Assembly (NCBI GenBank): GCA_010909165.1
Contig: MU008161.1
Coordinates: 992,001 to 1,056,000 of the forward strand
Direction: 5' to 3'
Source of the DNA: Anthoceros angustus
Taxonomy: Eukaryota > Plantae > Anthocerotophyta
Length of the DNA stretch: 64,000 bases
Part shown: positions 62,341-64,000 of the stretch, one piece after another
Layout: every line of letters starts with the position of its first letter
Position numbering within the stretch: position 1 is the stretch's first letter
Notes under the pieces: generated by a model
Database searches by the model: none
Told to the model about the DNA's origin: nothing
The model's input: the letters and a program-made list of their open reading frames with translations, nothing else
Program-made: the position numbers and the translations under genes

Positions 62341-64000
62341 TCAGCGGCTCCAAGGTTACCAAGGGCCAAGAGTATTGAAGGTGGCTGGTATCCTATCCGA
62401 ATAGTGATCTGATCATAGGGTTGTTTAATCACCGAGTTCCAATGAATTCAGCATTACGATGTCATCTCTCAATGGAGGACCTATCTCTCTAGTTTTTGTC
62501 ATGGTACAACGGTACGGCATGATATATCTCAAATTTATAAATTTATATCCATCTATATAGTGCGCAGTGGAATTGTTTACCTTGTATCTTGCTAGTATGT
62601 CAACAATATTCTCATTCCCGGGATCTCTCAACTTGTGGCTCATGGGTTGAGTGTTAGCTTATGACATATCTCGAAATATCATCTATAAATTCATGTATCT
62701 ATCGTAAAGAAAGTCATATATAAATTATGCGTTCATTCATCCAAGCATTTATATACAAGGGTCAGACTCCTTTAATGTAATATTGTTAGTTGTCTATGTA
62801 TACTTCTCTCAATTTACGACTAATGGGTTGAGAATCATGACTCTCATGATGTCTCTATAATTAGATTTTCATCTAGAACAAAGAAGTCGCATGTACTCCT
62901 TAATAAAAAAGCAGAAAGATTTTAGGATGCTTCCAGAATTGTCAGTATTGAGTGTACTATGATTTTGTTTGTGCTTTTCCAAGGCGATTGTTAGTATGGA
63001 AGGGACAAGTTGAGAGACCAGATTAGCATCACCAATCAAAGATGGTTTTAGATTCCCCATTGTAGAGCCAAAAATTTCGACAACCTCGGAAGTTTGGCTA
63101 GCCACCAAACAAGTGCCACATGTCTATTTCGTTAGAGGGCAATAGAAAAAAAAGAATGCTTCAAAAGTTTGTTAAAAGAGACATGGAAAGAGGTGTTCTA
63201 GTTGACCCAGTGGCTAATGAGGAGGTGCAAGTCTAGTCTGATATTTATAAATTGCTTCAAGCTTTGTGGCTGCTGAGGAGGCGATCATGAAGCTTAAAAC
63301 ACCATAAATTTTCAAGGGGGGAAAATACTCCCCACGGGGGTTTTCCTTGAATAAGCCCTGAAGGGGGTCTATGATGGGTCCGGAATCAGCGTTTTCCGCT
63401 TTTTTTTTTAAAGAACTCGAGAGAAAAGAGTGCTACCCGTCGAGCTCACTTCTTTCCATCAATCAATCTCTCTGCCGCACGGTGTTCGCAATCTCAAACC
63501 TCTTTGTTTAAGGCAAAGTTAGATCCGTCAGAATGACCGTTTCTGCCAGGTAGGCAATACCGTAAACCCGCTTATGCTAGGAAAATGCGGATAAGGAAGG
63601 ATATTGCAAAATCCACGAATAGCTTATATCCAAATCATGTTAACGTCTGCAACTGTATATGGTTTACTGTGGAGATGGAACAGGTGAACCATGATAAAAG
63701 AACGGGACAACATCCAAGTAGCGGCCAGGGCGCCGGCCAGCCAACGTCCTCGCCCCTACGTAGAAGGTTACCCCGTGTCTGTATGGCATTAGTTGCCCCA
63801 CTTCTTGCACGAGAATGATACACGTCTCGTCCTTGCGGAGGGGGGTCGGGCTATGTGACATGCCGTATTTGGGTTTCTCTCTGCATGTGAAACCCCAAAG
63901 AAAATAATGGACATGGTCCATCACTATTTAACAAAAAATGCTGGTATGTCCAACAGTCAGTGCAGCTTCCTCCCTAACTGCATTCCCTTCCTTATGACCA

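Noticed and set aside
62400-64000. Short ORFs at the window end
   Set aside because: They are fragmentary with no diagnostic motifs, likely TE or intergenic DNA.

Overview
This is eukaryotic nuclear DNA from a gene-dense early land plant with mostly short (about 80-150 nt) introns. It is most likely a hornwort, inferred from the co-occurrence of KP/GRP-type and WW-type PLS-PPR editing factors. Recognisable genes: isoflavone-reductase-like (5' exon only), succinyl-CoA ligase alpha, ARGLU1-like, an F-box protein, APEM9-like, ROQH1-like SDR, a double uridine-kinase/CYTH protein, a PLS-PPR with a truncated WW-type DYW, a bulb-type lectin, a BURP/PG-beta-like protein, a BTB/POZ protein, SMPD4-like and ROS3/NOL8-like. 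Between them lie a mosaic of decayed gene fragments (0.4-4.7 kb), a TIR-bracketed 4.2-kb cassette carrying an orphan ORF, RLE-type (CRE-like) and L1 retroelement remnants, and many local tandem duplications. The most notable observation is that both PPR editing-factor loci carry an N-terminal OSB-type PDF (ssDNA-binding) motif; one locus is a U-to-C-type GRP pseudogene and the other a WW-type gene. All homology calls come from motif recognition from memory, and no database searches were run. Exon coordinates were read by eye.
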